Source: Candidatus Omnitrophota bacterium
Lineage (GTDB): Bacteria > Omnitrophota > Gorgyraeia > Zapsychrales > Fredricksoniimonadaceae
Assembly: GCA_903860135.1 (NCBI GenBank)
Contig: CAIOPG010000004.1
Span: 85,558-149,557, forward strand
Length of the DNA stretch: 64,000 nt
Direction: 5' to 3'
Position numbers and translations under genes: made by a program. The notes below the pieces were generated by a model, which was not told where the DNA came from, searched no databases, and was given only the letters and a program-made list of their open reading frames with translations. This document shows positions 18,376-28,904 of this stretch, in pieces (within the stretch, counting starts at the first letter, position 1; each line of letters opens with the position of its first letter).

Positions 18376-19293
18376 CTACTTCGGCTCAGGATGGACGGTC
18401 ACATCCGCCCCCGGCGAAATCTCATGAATGGCTTTCTCGATCAATTCCGTTGTGTGATGGGCCTCACGCAGGGAGATGCCCCCTTCGAGGATCACATGCA
18501 GGTCAACAAAAACCTGCGGCCCCGAAGAACGGACCCGCACATGATGGCAATTAACAACCCCGGGGACCTGTTCAGCCACCGCGATCACCTTTTCCTCAAG
18601 CCCCTCCGGTGCCGCATCAAGGAGGGCTGCCACCGTACGGATCCCGAGTTGCCAGCTAATCTGGATCACAATGACCGCCACCACCAGCGCCGCCACCGCA
18701 TCGGCATAATGCAAGAATCCGGCATTGGGAAGGATACCGCTCAAGCCCACACACGCCAGGCCAAAGATAACGACGGCAGAACTCCAGATGTCCGTCGAGA
18801 AATGCAGGGCGTCGGCTTCGAGGGCCTGACTGTTATATTTCTTGGCCACGCGGTGCAACATACGCGAACGAGACACATCGACGATGATCGATATCGCCAT
18901 AACAATAAACGACCAGATCGTTACTTCAACGTCAACCTTGCCTGTGACCAGGCGTTTGACCGCCTCCTGCCCTATCCAGATGCAGGTCAAAAGCAGCAGG
19001 AGCGTCTCGACCATGGCGGAAAGATTCTCGACCTTGCCATGGCCATAGCGGTGTTCGCGGTCGGCCGGCCTCGACGACGCCCGCACCGCAAAGAACGTCA
19101 CCGCCGCGGCCACAAGGTCAAGCCCGGAATGCGCCGCTTCTGCCAGAATACCCAAACTGCCCGTCATAACCCCCACCACGACCTTCATCGACACCAAAGC
19201 CAAAGCCGCCAACACCGAACTCCCGGCCGCCCTCTGCTTTTCCTTATCAGGATCACAATGAACTTCCGCTGCTTGCTTGAAGAAAAATGTCAT
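18376..19293 (-). CDS. Cation diffusion facilitator (CzcD/FieF-like) metal efflux transporter
   Basis: 6 TM plus a C-terminal cytoplasmic domain. HSGLD and H-D metal-site motifs. Confidence 0.85.
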   Translation of the reverse strand: MTFFFKQAAEVHCDPDKEKQRAAGSSVLAALALVSMKVVVGVMTGSLGILAEAAHSGLDLVAAAVTFFAVRASSRPADREHRYGHGKVENLSAMVETLLLLLTCIWIGQEAVKRLVTGKVDVEVTIWSFIVMAISIIVDVSRSRMLHRVAKKYNSQALEADALHFSTDIWSSAVVIFGLACVGLSGILPNAGFLHYADAVAALVVAVIVIQISWQLGIRTVAALLDAAPEGLEEKVIAVAEQVPGVVNCHHVRVRSSGPQVFVDLHVILEGGISLREAHHTTELIEKAIHEISPGADVTVHPEPK

Positions 19294-19309
19294 AACACCC
19301 CTTGAAAAA

Positions 19310-20506
19310 TTATTTCACCTTCTCCGCGAACTGCCGACCATAATCAATGCACCGTGCCACGGCCGCTTCATCGGGTTCCCATAAATTCGTGATGCCTTCA
19401 TCGACCACTTCAAAGCCGATCTCGCCGAGGGTGGTGTGCAGGCGTTTCTGCGCTTCGCCCGACCAGCCGTAACAGCCGAAGGCCGCGGTCTTCTTGCCTT
19501 TGAACGCCAACCCGCGCATTTCTTCGAGGAAAGCACCGACCGACGACAAAGCACATTTATTATGCGATGGCGAACCGACAAGGACGGCTTTCGACCGGAA
19601 TATTTCTGTCGCCACATCATTCTTGTCAGACTTCGACAGGCTCATCACATTGACCGTCACCGCCGCATCGGCCAGACGGATCCCCTTGGCAATTTCCTCG
19701 GCCATGATCCGCGTCCCACCCCAGATCGTGTCATAAACAATAGCAATACGATTTTCCTGATACGCCTTGGCCCAAGCCGCGTATTTCTCGATCGCCATCG
19801 GCACATCCGCCCCGCGCCACGACGCCCCGTGGCTCGTGCAAATCATGTCGATGGGGATATTCATGGCCTTCAACTCGCGGAGCTTCGCATCCACAAGTTT
19901 ACTCCAGGGCGCAATAATATTCGCGTAATATTTCATATCTTCTTCCCAAAGAATCCAGGGATCAACCAGATCGGCCCAGAGCTTATCCGTCGCCAGGTGC
20001 TGGCCGAACGCATCATTGGAAAAAAGAATATTATCCCCCGTCAGATAAGAGAACATCGTGTCCGGCCAGTGCAGCATCGGCGCCTCAATAAAAACAAGCT
20101 TCTTGCCGTTACCCACATCAAGGGCATCCCCCGTGCGGACAGGCTTGAAATTCCAATCCTGATGAAAATGCCCCTTCAGGGATTTGACACCATTGGGCGT
20201 GCAATACACCGGCACATCCGGAATAAGTTTCAGCAGCTCCGGCAGGGCGCCGCTATGATCGATCTCGGCGTGATTGACGACTACGGCATCAATCTTCTTA
20301 ATATCAACCGTCTGGGCAAGTTCCCGAAGGAATTCCCCGGTAAACGGACTCCATACGGTGTCAATAAGGACAGTCTTCCCTTCACGGATCAGATAAGAAT
20401 TATAGGTGGAACCATAATGGGTTGAAAGCTCCTCACCATGAAACATGCGCAGTTCCCAGTCCACCTTGCCGACCCAAGCCACATTATTTTTTATCAATCT
20501 TGCCAT
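19310..20506 (-). CDS. fprA: Flavodiiron protein (FprA/ROO-type; metallo-beta-lactamase plus flavodoxin domains)
   Basis: HAEIDHSG di-iron site and a C-terminal flavodoxin fold. Confidence 0.85.
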   Translation of the reverse strand: MARLIKNNVAWVGKVDWELRMFHGEELSTHYGSTYNSYLIREGKTVLIDTVWSPFTGEFLRELAQTVDIKKIDAVVVNHAEIDHSGALPELLKLIPDVPVYCTPNGVKSLKGHFHQDWNFKPVRTGDALDVGNGKKLVFIEAPMLHWPDTMFSYLTGDNILFSNDAFGQHLATDKLWADLVDPWILWEEDMKYYANIIAPWSKLVDAKLRELKAMNIPIDMICTSHGASWRGADVPMAIEKYAAWAKAYQENRIAIVYDTIWGGTRIMAEEIAKGIRLADAAVTVNVMSLSKSDKNDVATEIFRSKAVLVGSPSHNKCALSSVGAFLEEMRGLAFKGKKTAAFGCYGWSGEAQKRLHTTLGEIGFEVVDEGITNLWEPDEAAVARCIDYGRQFAEKVK

Positions 20507-20540
20507 AACACCTCGCAACCCTGTTGTCTATTAGCCATGT

Positions 20541-20570
20541 AAAAAAAGCCCCCGGAATTTCTCCGGAGGC
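20541..20570 (-). terminator. Rho-independent terminator downstream of the DEAD-box helicase gene
   Basis: On the minus strand: GCCTCCGGA-gaaat-TCCGGGGGC followed by TTTTTTT. Confidence 0.6.
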
Positions 20571-20644
20571 TTCTGAAATGCCAAATCACATCTGCCTCCA
20601 TAATATCCGCGCCCACCGCGGATATGACGAGCTCCCGTGATCCC

Positions 20645-21886
20645 TTAACGGAACCTGCGGCGCCCGCGTGCGAATGTCTTATTCACAAAACTGCGGCTGA
20701 CACCAGGTCCCTTACGGCCACCCGATGAAGACCCTGACGGCGCACGGTAAAGCGTCTGCGTCTCAACATCCGGATGCTGCAGAAGCTTGATCTCCGAACG
20801 CATGATACGCTCGATGGCCTGCACCTGATCCGCCTGGTCAGGCGTGGCAATGGAAATGGCACGGCCTTCCATGCCCGCACGCCCGGTACGACCAATGCGG
20901 TGGATATAATTCTCGGCGTCATCGGGCAAGTCAAAGTTAATGACCAGCTCGATCCCCTTCACATCAATGCCGCGCGCGGCAATATCCGTCGCCACCAACA
21001 CGCGGTAACGTCCGACCTTGAAACCCTCGAGCGATGCCTTGCGCTGAGCCAGCGTGCGGTCAGAATGGATCTCCGCCGCGCTATGCCCCATCTCCTTGAT
21101 GTCGCGTGTCAATTTGCGCGCGCCATGCTTGGTGCGGCTGAACAAAAGAACCGAGCCTCGATACTGGGTCAGCAACTTAGCCAGAAGGACATTCTTCATT
21201 TCGCGACGAACCACGAACATCTCCTGGGAGACGCGTTCAGCGGCCGTTCCCTGGGGAGCGACCTCGACATTGATAGGAAGCTTCATGTGACGCGCCGCCA
21301 TGCTCATGATATCGCGCGGCATGGTAGCGGAAAAAAGCATGGTCTGACGGTCCTTGGGCACTTCCTGCATGATCTGCTCGATCTGCGGCGCAAACCCCAT
21401 GTCAAACATACGGTCAGCCTCATCCAATACCAGGATGTTGGTACTATTCAACCTGACGGTACCGCGCTGAACGTGATCGATCAGACGGCCGGGAGTGGCA
21501 ATGATGATACGCGCGCCCCGCTTGATACTGCGGATCTGGTCTTCCATAGAAGCGCCACCAATAAGAACAACGGTCTTAAGCCCAAAAGGCTGTGCCACTT
21601 TGTTTACGGTCTCATCGACCTGGATCGCAAGCTCGCGGGTCGGAACGATCACCAATCCGTTGCTTGTTCCCTGCGCCAAGCGCTGAACCATGGGAATGGC
21701 AAACGCCAAGGTCTTGCCTGTTCCGGTCTGGGCGATGCCCATGATGTCCTTGCCTTCAACGGCAAGCGGGATGGCTTTGTGCTGAATAGGCGTCGGTGTC
21801 TTGAACTTCATGCGTTCAAGCAACTCGAGCACTTTCGGCGCGATGCCAAGCCCAAAAAAAGTTGATGCGGTGTTCGTGTTAGTCAT
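20645..21886 (-). CDS. DEAD-box ATP-dependent RNA helicase (RhlE-like)
   Basis: Q-motif, AQTGTGKT, DEAD (VLDEADRM), SAT and HRIGRTGR motifs. Confidence 0.9.
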   Translation of the reverse strand: MTNTNTASTFFGLGIAPKVLELLERMKFKTPTPIQHKAIPLAVEGKDIMGIAQTGTGKTLAFAIPMVQRLAQGTSNGLVIVPTRELAIQVDETVNKVAQPFGLKTVVLIGGASMEDQIRSIKRGARIIIATPGRLIDHVQRGTVRLNSTNILVLDEADRMFDMGFAPQIEQIMQEVPKDRQTMLFSATMPRDIMSMAARHMKLPINVEVAPQGTAAERVSQEMFVVRREMKNVLLAKLLTQYRGSVLLFSRTKHGARKLTRDIKEMGHSAAEIHSDRTLAQRKASLEGFKVGRYRVLVATDIAARGIDVKGIELVINFDLPDDAENYIHRIGRTGRAGMEGRAISIATPDQADQVQAIERIMRSEIKLLQHPDVETQTLYRAPSGSSSGGRKGPGVSRSFVNKTFARGRRRFR

Positions 21887-22013
21887 GTTTTGATTCTTCT
21901 TTCTATTACTATTATTTTGTTTGCAGGTAATGAGGCGGGATTATGAGGTGGGCTGCTCGTGTCCAGATCGCTACCTTGATTAAGCTTTATAATGCCTCAT
22001 TCGCCCCAAAACG

Positions 22014-23372
22014 TCAATCCTTTTCTTTATCCCCCAAAAAACGGACCGTTGTAATACGCTCCAGCAAAGACCCCTTGGGCATTCCCTTGCCGAGCGAAAG
22101 ATCGCTCACAGCCACCCGGCCGATCACCCGCGACACTCCCCCTGTTTCATCGGGCTCACGGTAAGACCATGCCGCATGGATAGCATACAGGCGCTTGTCA
22201 ACTTCCCCCAGATAGATCATGATATGCCCCGGAAGGCGAAGAAGGGTCACCCCGCCAAGGCCACGCCCCGCAATGGCAACAAACTTATCGAGCGCACCGA
22301 ACCTGGGATCAAAATCAGCCGCCGCCAAGCCACTGCGGCCCTGTTCAGATGAATTGCGCGGCAAATGAAGACCAACGGTCGCAAAGACCATGTTGACAAA
22401 CCGCGAACAATCCACCGCTCCACCAGAATCACCCCAGCCGTACGGCGTGCCCAACAACTTGAACGCCTGTTCAATGACCGTGCGCGGCGTATAGCGCAAA
22501 TAGCCAATGTTGACATCCACCCGCGGCAAGAAAGCACTCGCCAGGCGCGCCCAGCCGTCCTCACCGCGCACAGGGAACAACACCTCCACCGCCTTGGATG
22601 TCACACGCTTCAACGTAAACCGCGCGCCCATCCGGGCCGATGCAAGCGGCTCCCACATATTTTCATCGTGAAAAATGCGGGCCACAGGCGCAACAACCAC
22701 AGCAAATTGCTTCGGCGCGAGCATATCCTGCCAGGCCGCTTGATCTACCCAGGCAACATCCGCGGCCTTGACCCAGCCAGAAGAGATCCCGTCTTTAAGG
22801 AAAAACCACTGCCCGTCAGCGCTCTCATGGAGCACCGCCACCGGCACCCCCGGTTCGATCGCGCTGTTCTGGGCCCGGTCAAAATGAACATCTCCCGGGA
22901 TCCGGCAAAAAAGCGCGTCTGTGGGCATCATCCGCTGGTTGGTAAAAGCCGTCGTCACCGCAGGGCGCAACATCACGCGCCGTCCGACAGCCTCTAGTGC
23001 CACATTGCTGTCCAGAGCCGTATAAACGGCAGCCTTGACCGGCAGGCCATCCTTGTCAAAAAAACCACTTTTCTTCAACAACACGGACAGATCCCTGATC
23101 TCTGCCCTCACCAGCTTCCCCGGCAGGAGTTTGGGCATCTGACCAAGATCGTCGACCAGCGACTTGATGTGCAAATCCTTGTTAAATCTTGCGATGCGCT
23201 CGGGTGTCATGACAACCTTGTCCGGTGCCGGATGCCGCAGGATCCAGTAATCAGGCGTTTCCATGATCCAGGTCACATACGGGATATCTATAACCTTTAC
23301 CACCTCCGGTTCCGCCACCGAAGCCGTCGCCAGGCAACTCAGGAAAATAAACGTCAGAACTATCCGCAACAT
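22014..23372 (-). CDS. NlpC/P60 (C40) family cell-wall peptidase with N-terminal SH3-like/accessory domains
   Basis: GTPYGWGDSGGAVDCSRFV catalytic-Cys motif. Signal peptide present. Confidence 0.75.
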   Translation of the reverse strand: MLRIVLTFIFLSCLATASVAEPEVVKVIDIPYVTWIMETPDYWILRHPAPDKVVMTPERIARFNKDLHIKSLVDDLGQMPKLLPGKLVRAEIRDLSVLLKKSGFFDKDGLPVKAAVYTALDSNVALEAVGRRVMLRPAVTTAFTNQRMMPTDALFCRIPGDVHFDRAQNSAIEPGVPVAVLHESADGQWFFLKDGISSGWVKAADVAWVDQAAWQDMLAPKQFAVVVAPVARIFHDENMWEPLASARMGARFTLKRVTSKAVEVLFPVRGEDGWARLASAFLPRVDVNIGYLRYTPRTVIEQAFKLLGTPYGWGDSGGAVDCSRFVNMVFATVGLHLPRNSSEQGRSGLAAADFDPRFGALDKFVAIAGRGLGGVTLLRLPGHIMIYLGEVDKRLYAIHAAWSYREPDETGGVSRVIGRVAVSDLSLGKGMPKGSLLERITTVRFLGDKEKD

Positions 23373-23380
23373 ACCCCTCC

Positions 23381-24286
23381 TTAGGATTGTTTTGTGCCGT
23401 CCGCCGGTAAGCTGACCGAGAATATAGACCCTCCACCGGGCGCACGACGCGTCGCGATCTCGCCACCATGCTTGCGCACAATGCCATAGGCCGTTGAAAG
23501 GCCAAGCCCCGTTCCCGTGCCCACATCCTTGGTCGTGAAGAAAGGCTCAAAGATCCGTGGCAGGATCGCCGGAGCGATACCGCCGCCGTTATCTTCAAAC
23601 TCGACAACAACCCTCCCGTCGCGCGTGAACGTGCGCACATGAATACACCCTTGCCGGGGATCAACCGCCTGAACCGCGTTCATAAGAATATTGATGAACA
23701 CCTGCCCGAGCTGGCGGGGGTAACACATAATGTGCGGAACCTCGCCACGCTCCTGCATCACGATGATCCCGTATTTGACTTCATGATGAATGATATTCAA
23801 GGCCGAATCAAGCACCACATGAACATCCGTGCACTCAAGGTTTTCCTGGCCAACGCGGGCGAAAGCCTTGAGATCAACGACGATCTTCTTGACACGGTCA
23901 ACGCCTTCCCGTGTTTCGGCGAGTACCTGATAGAATTCCGACAGGACAGCCTCCGACCCGATCTCTTTTTTCATGGCCTCAAGGATGGGTAAGATGTCTG
24001 TGCTTTGTACCTCCTGCAAGCAACGCACCGCGGCTTCAAGCTCCGCGTAGGTCTGCAGAAGCTCTTCGATCTTGCGAGCATACTGCCCCAGGATGACCAG
24101 GTTGTTGCTGATATACCCCAGCGGATTGTTGATCTCGTGGGCCAGACCCGCCGCAAGTTGGCCGAGCGACGACAATTTCTCCGCCTCGACCAGCCTGGCC
24201 TGAAATGCGACCAGCGTGTCCTGGGCTACCTTAAGTTCATCGACATTATCACCGATCATAACGCAGCGCCTTTCTTGTAGCCGCAA
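23381..24286 (-). CDS. Cytoplasmic sensor histidine kinase (HisKA plus HATPase_c)
   Basis: H-box [18 protein letters not shown]1 and G2 boxes present. Confidence 0.8.
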   Translation of the reverse strand: MRLQERRCVMIGDNVDELKVAQDTLVAFQARLVEAEKLSSLGQLAAGLAHEINNPLGYISNNLVILGQYARKIEELLQTYAELEAAVRCLQEVQSTDILPILEAMKKEIGSEAVLSEFYQVLAETREGVDRVKKIVVDLKAFARVGQENLECTDVHVVLDSALNIIHHEVKYGIIVMQERGEVPHIMCYPRQLGQVFINILMNAVQAVDPRQGCIHVRTFTRDGRVVVEFEDNGGGIAPAILPRIFEPFFTTKDVGTGTGLGLSTAYGIVRKHGGEIATRRAPGGGSIFSVSLPADGTKQS

Positions 24287-24573
24287 TGTTCATCACCGGG
24301 CCAGGAGGTACCCAGTTTCTGACGAACGTGGACACAGGTAAAAAGCTTCCCGGCCACGGTCCTGTGCGGACCGATACGGGCGGGATAAACAAGGCAACAC
24401 GACCGGCCTTCAGGCGTCATAAAAAGATGCTGGCAAGGGTCTTCCAACGCCCCGCAACAGGCGCCGCAATGCCGGCAGAGCGACTCCCAGTCTCCCTGGC
24501 GGGCAGAAAGCCATCGGGCATAACCCTGCTCATCTGACAGAGCCGCGTCCTCCGGCCCCGGCGCAGAAAACAT
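24256..24573 (-). CDS. YkgJ-family Zn/Fe-S cysteine-cluster protein (UPF0153)
   Basis: CRHCGACC ... C ... CC cysteine cluster. Confidence 0.55.
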   Translation of the reverse strand: MFSAPGPEDAALSDEQGYARWLSARQGDWESLCRHCGACCGALEDPCQHLFMTPEGRSCCLVYPARIGPHRTVAGKLFTCVHVRQKLGTSWPGDEHCGYKKGAAL

Positions 24574-24576
24574 GAT

Positions 24577-25071
24577 TTATTTACCGAACGCGCCCAGGAT
24601 GCCCTGGACATGACCGGCGACCTTGTCCGCTTTTTCTTTGGCCGCAGCCGCCTTCTGCTGGGCCGGCGTCAAGGTTCCCGGAGTGGCTGTGGAGGTCGCG
24701 CCGAAAAAACCCGAAAGCTTCTGCTTGGCCATATCTGCGATCTTCTGTTTAGCGGTTGTCAGGATGTCCTGCGCGCCCGTCGATTTGGCGTTAAGCGCTG
24801 TCAGGATGTAATTGGCAACACTCACCGCCGCCTCATACTTCCCTTCGCCGAGCAAAGACTTGGCCTTGGCCACCAGGAATGTTTCCTGCTGGGCAGGCGT
24901 GCCGGCCGCCTTGGACTGGTCAATGGCCTGCTGGGCCTTGGGGTCAAGCGTAACCTGGGCCGAAACCTGCCCCACCGGCGTATTAAAAGCCCCCGACACC
25001 GCCGCGCCAGCTGTACCCGCCGCTATCAACAGAACCCCCATCATACCGATACCCGCTGTAAACTTTTTCAT
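24577..25071 (-). CDS. Secreted hypothetical protein (Ala/Lys/Gln-rich)
   Basis: Signal peptide MKKFTAGIGMMGVLLIAAGTAGA. Confidence 0.5.
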   Translation of the reverse strand: MKKFTAGIGMMGVLLIAAGTAGAAVSGAFNTPVGQVSAQVTLDPKAQQAIDQSKAAGTPAQQETFLVAKAKSLLGEGKYEAAVSVANYILTALNAKSTGAQDILTTAKQKIADMAKQKLSGFFGATSTATPGTLTPAQQKAAAAKEKADKVAGHVQGILGAFGK

Positions 25072-25117
25072 GCCATCCTCCTGATTATTAATAAACAGTT
25101 TCTTGAAATATTACTCC

Positions 25118-27229
25118 CTAAGACTGCGCGTGAAAAAGTTCCTGGAACCTGGAGAGCACCTTCGACGGTGCGATCTCGGGCGGGGTCAGGAAAAGGCCGA
25201 TCTTCCGGAAGAAAAGGCCGATCGACGGATAACTGAAAAGGACCGAGATAGGCACGGCCAGGATGAGCGGCACGGCGATCAGCGACACCCACCAGAACAG
25301 GGTTTCATTGACCGCATAAGCGACCACCGCCCACACAAGGGCTCCGATACTGCCGGTCCAGTGGGCGCGAAAAGCCTCGCCAACCGATGTCCGCTTGAGA
25401 TCCCGCACCTGGCGCTTCCACATGAGTTTCTGCCCGCTCAAATTCAGGATCACATACCAGGTGTGAAAGATCATCCTGATCGGTGCCAGAAAAACGGAAA
25501 AGAATGTTTCCATAAGGATGCTCAACAGCAGGCGCCAGAATCCGCCGAACCGGGACAAACGTTCCGGCGACAAAATGATCAAAAGAAAGCTCAGGACTTT
25601 GGGCGCAAATAAAAACACCGACGTGACAACCAGCAGATGGATCGAAAGCTCCCGGTATTCCACAGGCCAGCGGGGAAAGAGGCTCCAGTTCGCCGAGAAA
25701 TAAACCGTCTTATGAAAGAAATTAACGATGGCATTGCTCGTCATCAGGATCAACAGGGAAAACCACATGAAAGACGAAAAATAAAACAGATTGCCATTCA
25801 AAAAAAGGATGCGGTGGCCGAGCGCGATCCCGCGCATGAACATCAGGCGCAGGTGCTGGATATTGCCCTGACACCAGCGGCGGTCACGCTCCAGCTCCTC
25901 GAGCAGATTCGGCGGAAGCTCCTCGTAACTATCCCGTAGCTCATGGGCCAGCCATACCCCCCAACCCGCCCGGCGCATCAGGGCGGCCTCGACAAAGTCA
26001 TGGCTCAGGATATGCCCCCCGAACGGCGGACCGCCGGCAAGTTTCGGCAGGATACAATAACGCATGAACGGTTCCAGGCGAATGATCGCATTATGCCCCC
26101 AAAAGCCTGACTCATCCAACTGCCAGAAACGCAGGCCCGCCATGAATAACGGCCCGTACACATGGCCGGAAAACTGCTGCAGGCGCGACACAAGGCTGGT
26201 CTGATTCATGGCCATCGGCGCGGTCTGCAATATCCCGATATCGGGGCGCGCCTCCATCATGTTCACAAGGCGGACCAGAAGCTCCTCGCCCATCAGGCTG
26301 TCGGCATCAAGGGTCAGCATGTATGTGTAGCGGCCGCCCCAGCGCCGGCAGAAATCCGTGACATTCCCGCTCTTTTTATGAATATGCAGTTTCCGGCGGC
26401 GATAAAAGATCCTGCCAAATCCCTCCACCCGCGCGCACAGCCTGGCCCAGCCCAACTCCTCGCTGATCTGCTGGTCCCGATGCGCCGAATCGCTGAGGAT
26501 AAAAAAATCGAAATGCTCCAGGACCCCAGCCGCCGCCAGTGCTTCATGCATGGCCTGGAGCGCCGCGTAAATGCGCGCCACATCCTCATGATGGACCGGC
26601 ATGATGATGGCTGTGCGGCACCCCGGCGCGATAGGCCTGACTGGATCGGAAACCCGCAGATGCTCCTCTTTCCCGCGCAGCTCAATGAGAAAACCGAATA
26701 CCACGGTCCAGAAATTCACCGATATCCATCCGAATAAAAAAGTAAAGACACAGATGATCCACGGGCTGAAAGGAGAAAACGCCTGCGGGCTCAGAATAAT
26801 GGTGATCGTTGACGCGGCCACCGCCGTAGAGACGGCAACAAGCCCGAAGAAAGACAAGCGGTGCAAGAAAAGACGGACAGCATGACGGCTATCGGGCCGG
26901 GGCGACACCGCCGGATCAAAAGGTCGATAGCCCATGGGCGTTCGCTGTAATGGCAGACGCGCCGAAGCATCAAACAACGCCTTGTAGCGTTCATCGGGAA
27001 CAACGCCGCTCTCTTGCAGAACCGCCGTCACAGCCGGCCAGACAGAAGCCGCAGGGATCCTGGCACCGGCAACAAACTGTCCGGTGAGACGAGCGCGTAT
27101 CCTGTCCGCCAGATCAACAACCACAGGTTCCGGCTGATCCATCAGACGCAAATAGATCAGGAGCGTCGCACGGACCACCTTCATGTGTTCACCGGATACC
27201 GCCGGAAGATCGTTTGGCTCCAATGTCAT
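25118..27229 (-). CDS. opgH: Glucans biosynthesis glucosyltransferase H (GT2)
   Basis: GT2 core with the OpgH-specific RWCQGN motif and multiple TM segments. Directly downstream of opgG, as in E. coli mdoGH. Confidence 0.85.
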   Translation of the reverse strand: MTLEPNDLPAVSGEHMKVVRATLLIYLRLMDQPEPVVVDLADRIRARLTGQFVAGARIPAASVWPAVTAVLQESGVVPDERYKALFDASARLPLQRTPMGYRPFDPAVSPRPDSRHAVRLFLHRLSFFGLVAVSTAVAASTITIILSPQAFSPFSPWIICVFTFLFGWISVNFWTVVFGFLIELRGKEEHLRVSDPVRPIAPGCRTAIIMPVHHEDVARIYAALQAMHEALAAAGVLEHFDFFILSDSAHRDQQISEELGWARLCARVEGFGRIFYRRRKLHIHKKSGNVTDFCRRWGGRYTYMLTLDADSLMGEELLVRLVNMMEARPDIGILQTAPMAMNQTSLVSRLQQFSGHVYGPLFMAGLRFWQLDESGFWGHNAIIRLEPFMRYCILPKLAGGPPFGGHILSHDFVEAALMRRAGWGVWLAHELRDSYEELPPNLLEELERDRRWCQGNIQHLRLMFMRGIALGHRILFLNGNLFYFSSFMWFSLLILMTSNAIVNFFHKTVYFSANWSLFPRWPVEYRELSIHLLVVTSVFLFAPKVLSFLLIILSPERLSRFGGFWRLLLSILMETFFSVFLAPIRMIFHTWYVILNLSGQKLMWKRQVRDLKRTSVGEAFRAHWTGSIGALVWAVVAYAVNETLFWWVSLIAVPLILAVPISVLFSYPSIGLFFRKIGLFLTPPEIAPSKVLSRFQELFHAQS

Positions 27230-27260
27230 AACTCCTCTAAAGGCTCAGCCTGCAGGCGGT

Positions 27261-28835
27261 TCACGGCAGGCAGGTATAGCTCCAGGTTTCCGTCACAGCA
27301 ACAGCACCGTCTTTCAGGAAAGCCCGCAAGTCGATCTCTGGCTTCTGATGCGGCAGAACACCGTCGAGGATGCCCGGCTGATCAAGCCTGACCACAAGGA
27401 CAAGCCGCCACCCGCCGGTCACCGTATTGCTGATGACCTGGGAGCTCTCGACCTTGTAATCATTAAAAACCTGGACATCGGCCACTGGCTCTTTGCCCGA
27501 GGGAGTAACCCCGGGACCAGCCCCGTTAAAATCCACCACGAACATCACGCTGTCGGGTTTCCTGACAAGGCGTGTCGCCGTCACATTTCCGGCAGGCAGG
27601 GACCTTTTTCCGGAGATGTGCCAGGCAAGCGTATAATTATAGGCACGCATTTCACCCGGCTCGGGCGCATGTTCCGGCACCCAATAAGCACCGATATTGT
27701 CATTGTACTCATTGCTGGTCGGGATCTGGATCAGCTCGACATGCCCCTTGCCCCAGTCCCCTTCAGGTGTAACCCAGACGCTCGGACGGCGTTCATACCG
27801 CGCCTCAAGGTCCTGATAATGATCAAAATGCGTATCCCGCTGCATCAGGCCAAACCCCTTGGGCTGACCGCCGCCAAAGGCATTGACAATCAGGCGCGAG
27901 GCGTTCTCCAGCGGATGCCAAATCCATTCACCCGAGCGCATCTGCAGCGAAAGCCCATCGGAATCATGCACTTCAGGACGAAAATCACTGCCATTGTTAT
28001 GCCCCGAATTTTCCCCATAGAAAAACATGGACGTCAGCGGAGAAATGCCCAGCTTGCGGACCTTCTTGCGGAAAAAGAGCACGCTCTTGACCTGCACGTC
28101 CGTTTCCTCGCCGGGACGGATCACAAATTCATATGCCCCGGCCACACTCGGGCTGTCCAGCAAGGCATAAACAGTGATCTCTTTGCCTTCGGACTCGGGA
28201 TGCACGATCCAAAATTCGGTAAAATACGGAAATTCTTCGCCGGTGTCTTCGACCGTGTTGAGGGCAAGCCCCCTGGCCGACATGCCATAAACCTGGTCTT
28301 TCCCCAGCGCGCGAAAATAACTGGCCCCCAGGAATGAAACGATCTCGTCGGCATATTGCGGCGTGTTGACCGGATAATGAAGCCTGAACCCGGCAAAGCC
28401 AAGGTCGCCGGCGATGCTATCTCTGACCTCCGGCTTGGCATAATCAAAAAGATCGGTTGAGAAAGGGATGTGGTGCGTCGCGGTCCGCTCGACATAATGG
28501 ATGGTGACAGGTTGCTGGAAAAGAAAGCCCGGATGGAAGAACTGGACCTTGAACCTGTTGCGCCCGTCGCTCCAGAGGCTTCGGGCGGGTTTGAAACGGA
28601 TGTCGCGCCATTGGTCATAGCCGATCTTCTTCAGCAGTTCCGAAAGCTCCTGCCCCGGGGCCTTGTAAGGCCGTGTGGACACATCTTTTGCCCGGTCAAT
28701 AACAGCGTTGAAATTAACGTGCGGCGCGGGCTTGTCTTGCACCGCCGCAGCGCCGGCCGGAATAACTGCCCCGCAGACCAGCATCAACCCGGCCAAGATA
28801 ATATTATTTCTTAAATCGCAAATCCTGTTTATCAT
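27261..28835 (-). CDS. opgG: Periplasmic glucan biosynthesis protein OpgG/MdoG family
   Basis: Signal peptide. The conserved OpgG N-terminal region (RFKVQFFHPGFLFQQPVTIHYV... FPYFTEFWIVHP) is present. Confidence 0.85.
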   Translation of the reverse strand: MINRICDLRNNIILAGLMLVCGAVIPAGAAAVQDKPAPHVNFNAVIDRAKDVSTRPYKAPGQELSELLKKIGYDQWRDIRFKPARSLWSDGRNRFKVQFFHPGFLFQQPVTIHYVERTATHHIPFSTDLFDYAKPEVRDSIAGDLGFAGFRLHYPVNTPQYADEIVSFLGASYFRALGKDQVYGMSARGLALNTVEDTGEEFPYFTEFWIVHPESEGKEITVYALLDSPSVAGAYEFVIRPGEETDVQVKSVLFFRKKVRKLGISPLTSMFFYGENSGHNNGSDFRPEVHDSDGLSLQMRSGEWIWHPLENASRLIVNAFGGGQPKGFGLMQRDTHFDHYQDLEARYERRPSVWVTPEGDWGKGHVELIQIPTSNEYNDNIGAYWVPEHAPEPGEMRAYNYTLAWHISGKRSLPAGNVTATRLVRKPDSVMFVVDFNGAGPGVTPSGKEPVADVQVFNDYKVESSQVISNTVTGGWRLVLVVRLDQPGILDGVLPHQKPEIDLRAFLKDGAVAVTETWSYTCLP

Positions 28836-28904
28836 AAACTCCTATCAATACTACCTGAGGATCGTATAACACCGGAATGGAAAGATAATTATAACAGAAT
28901 CCGG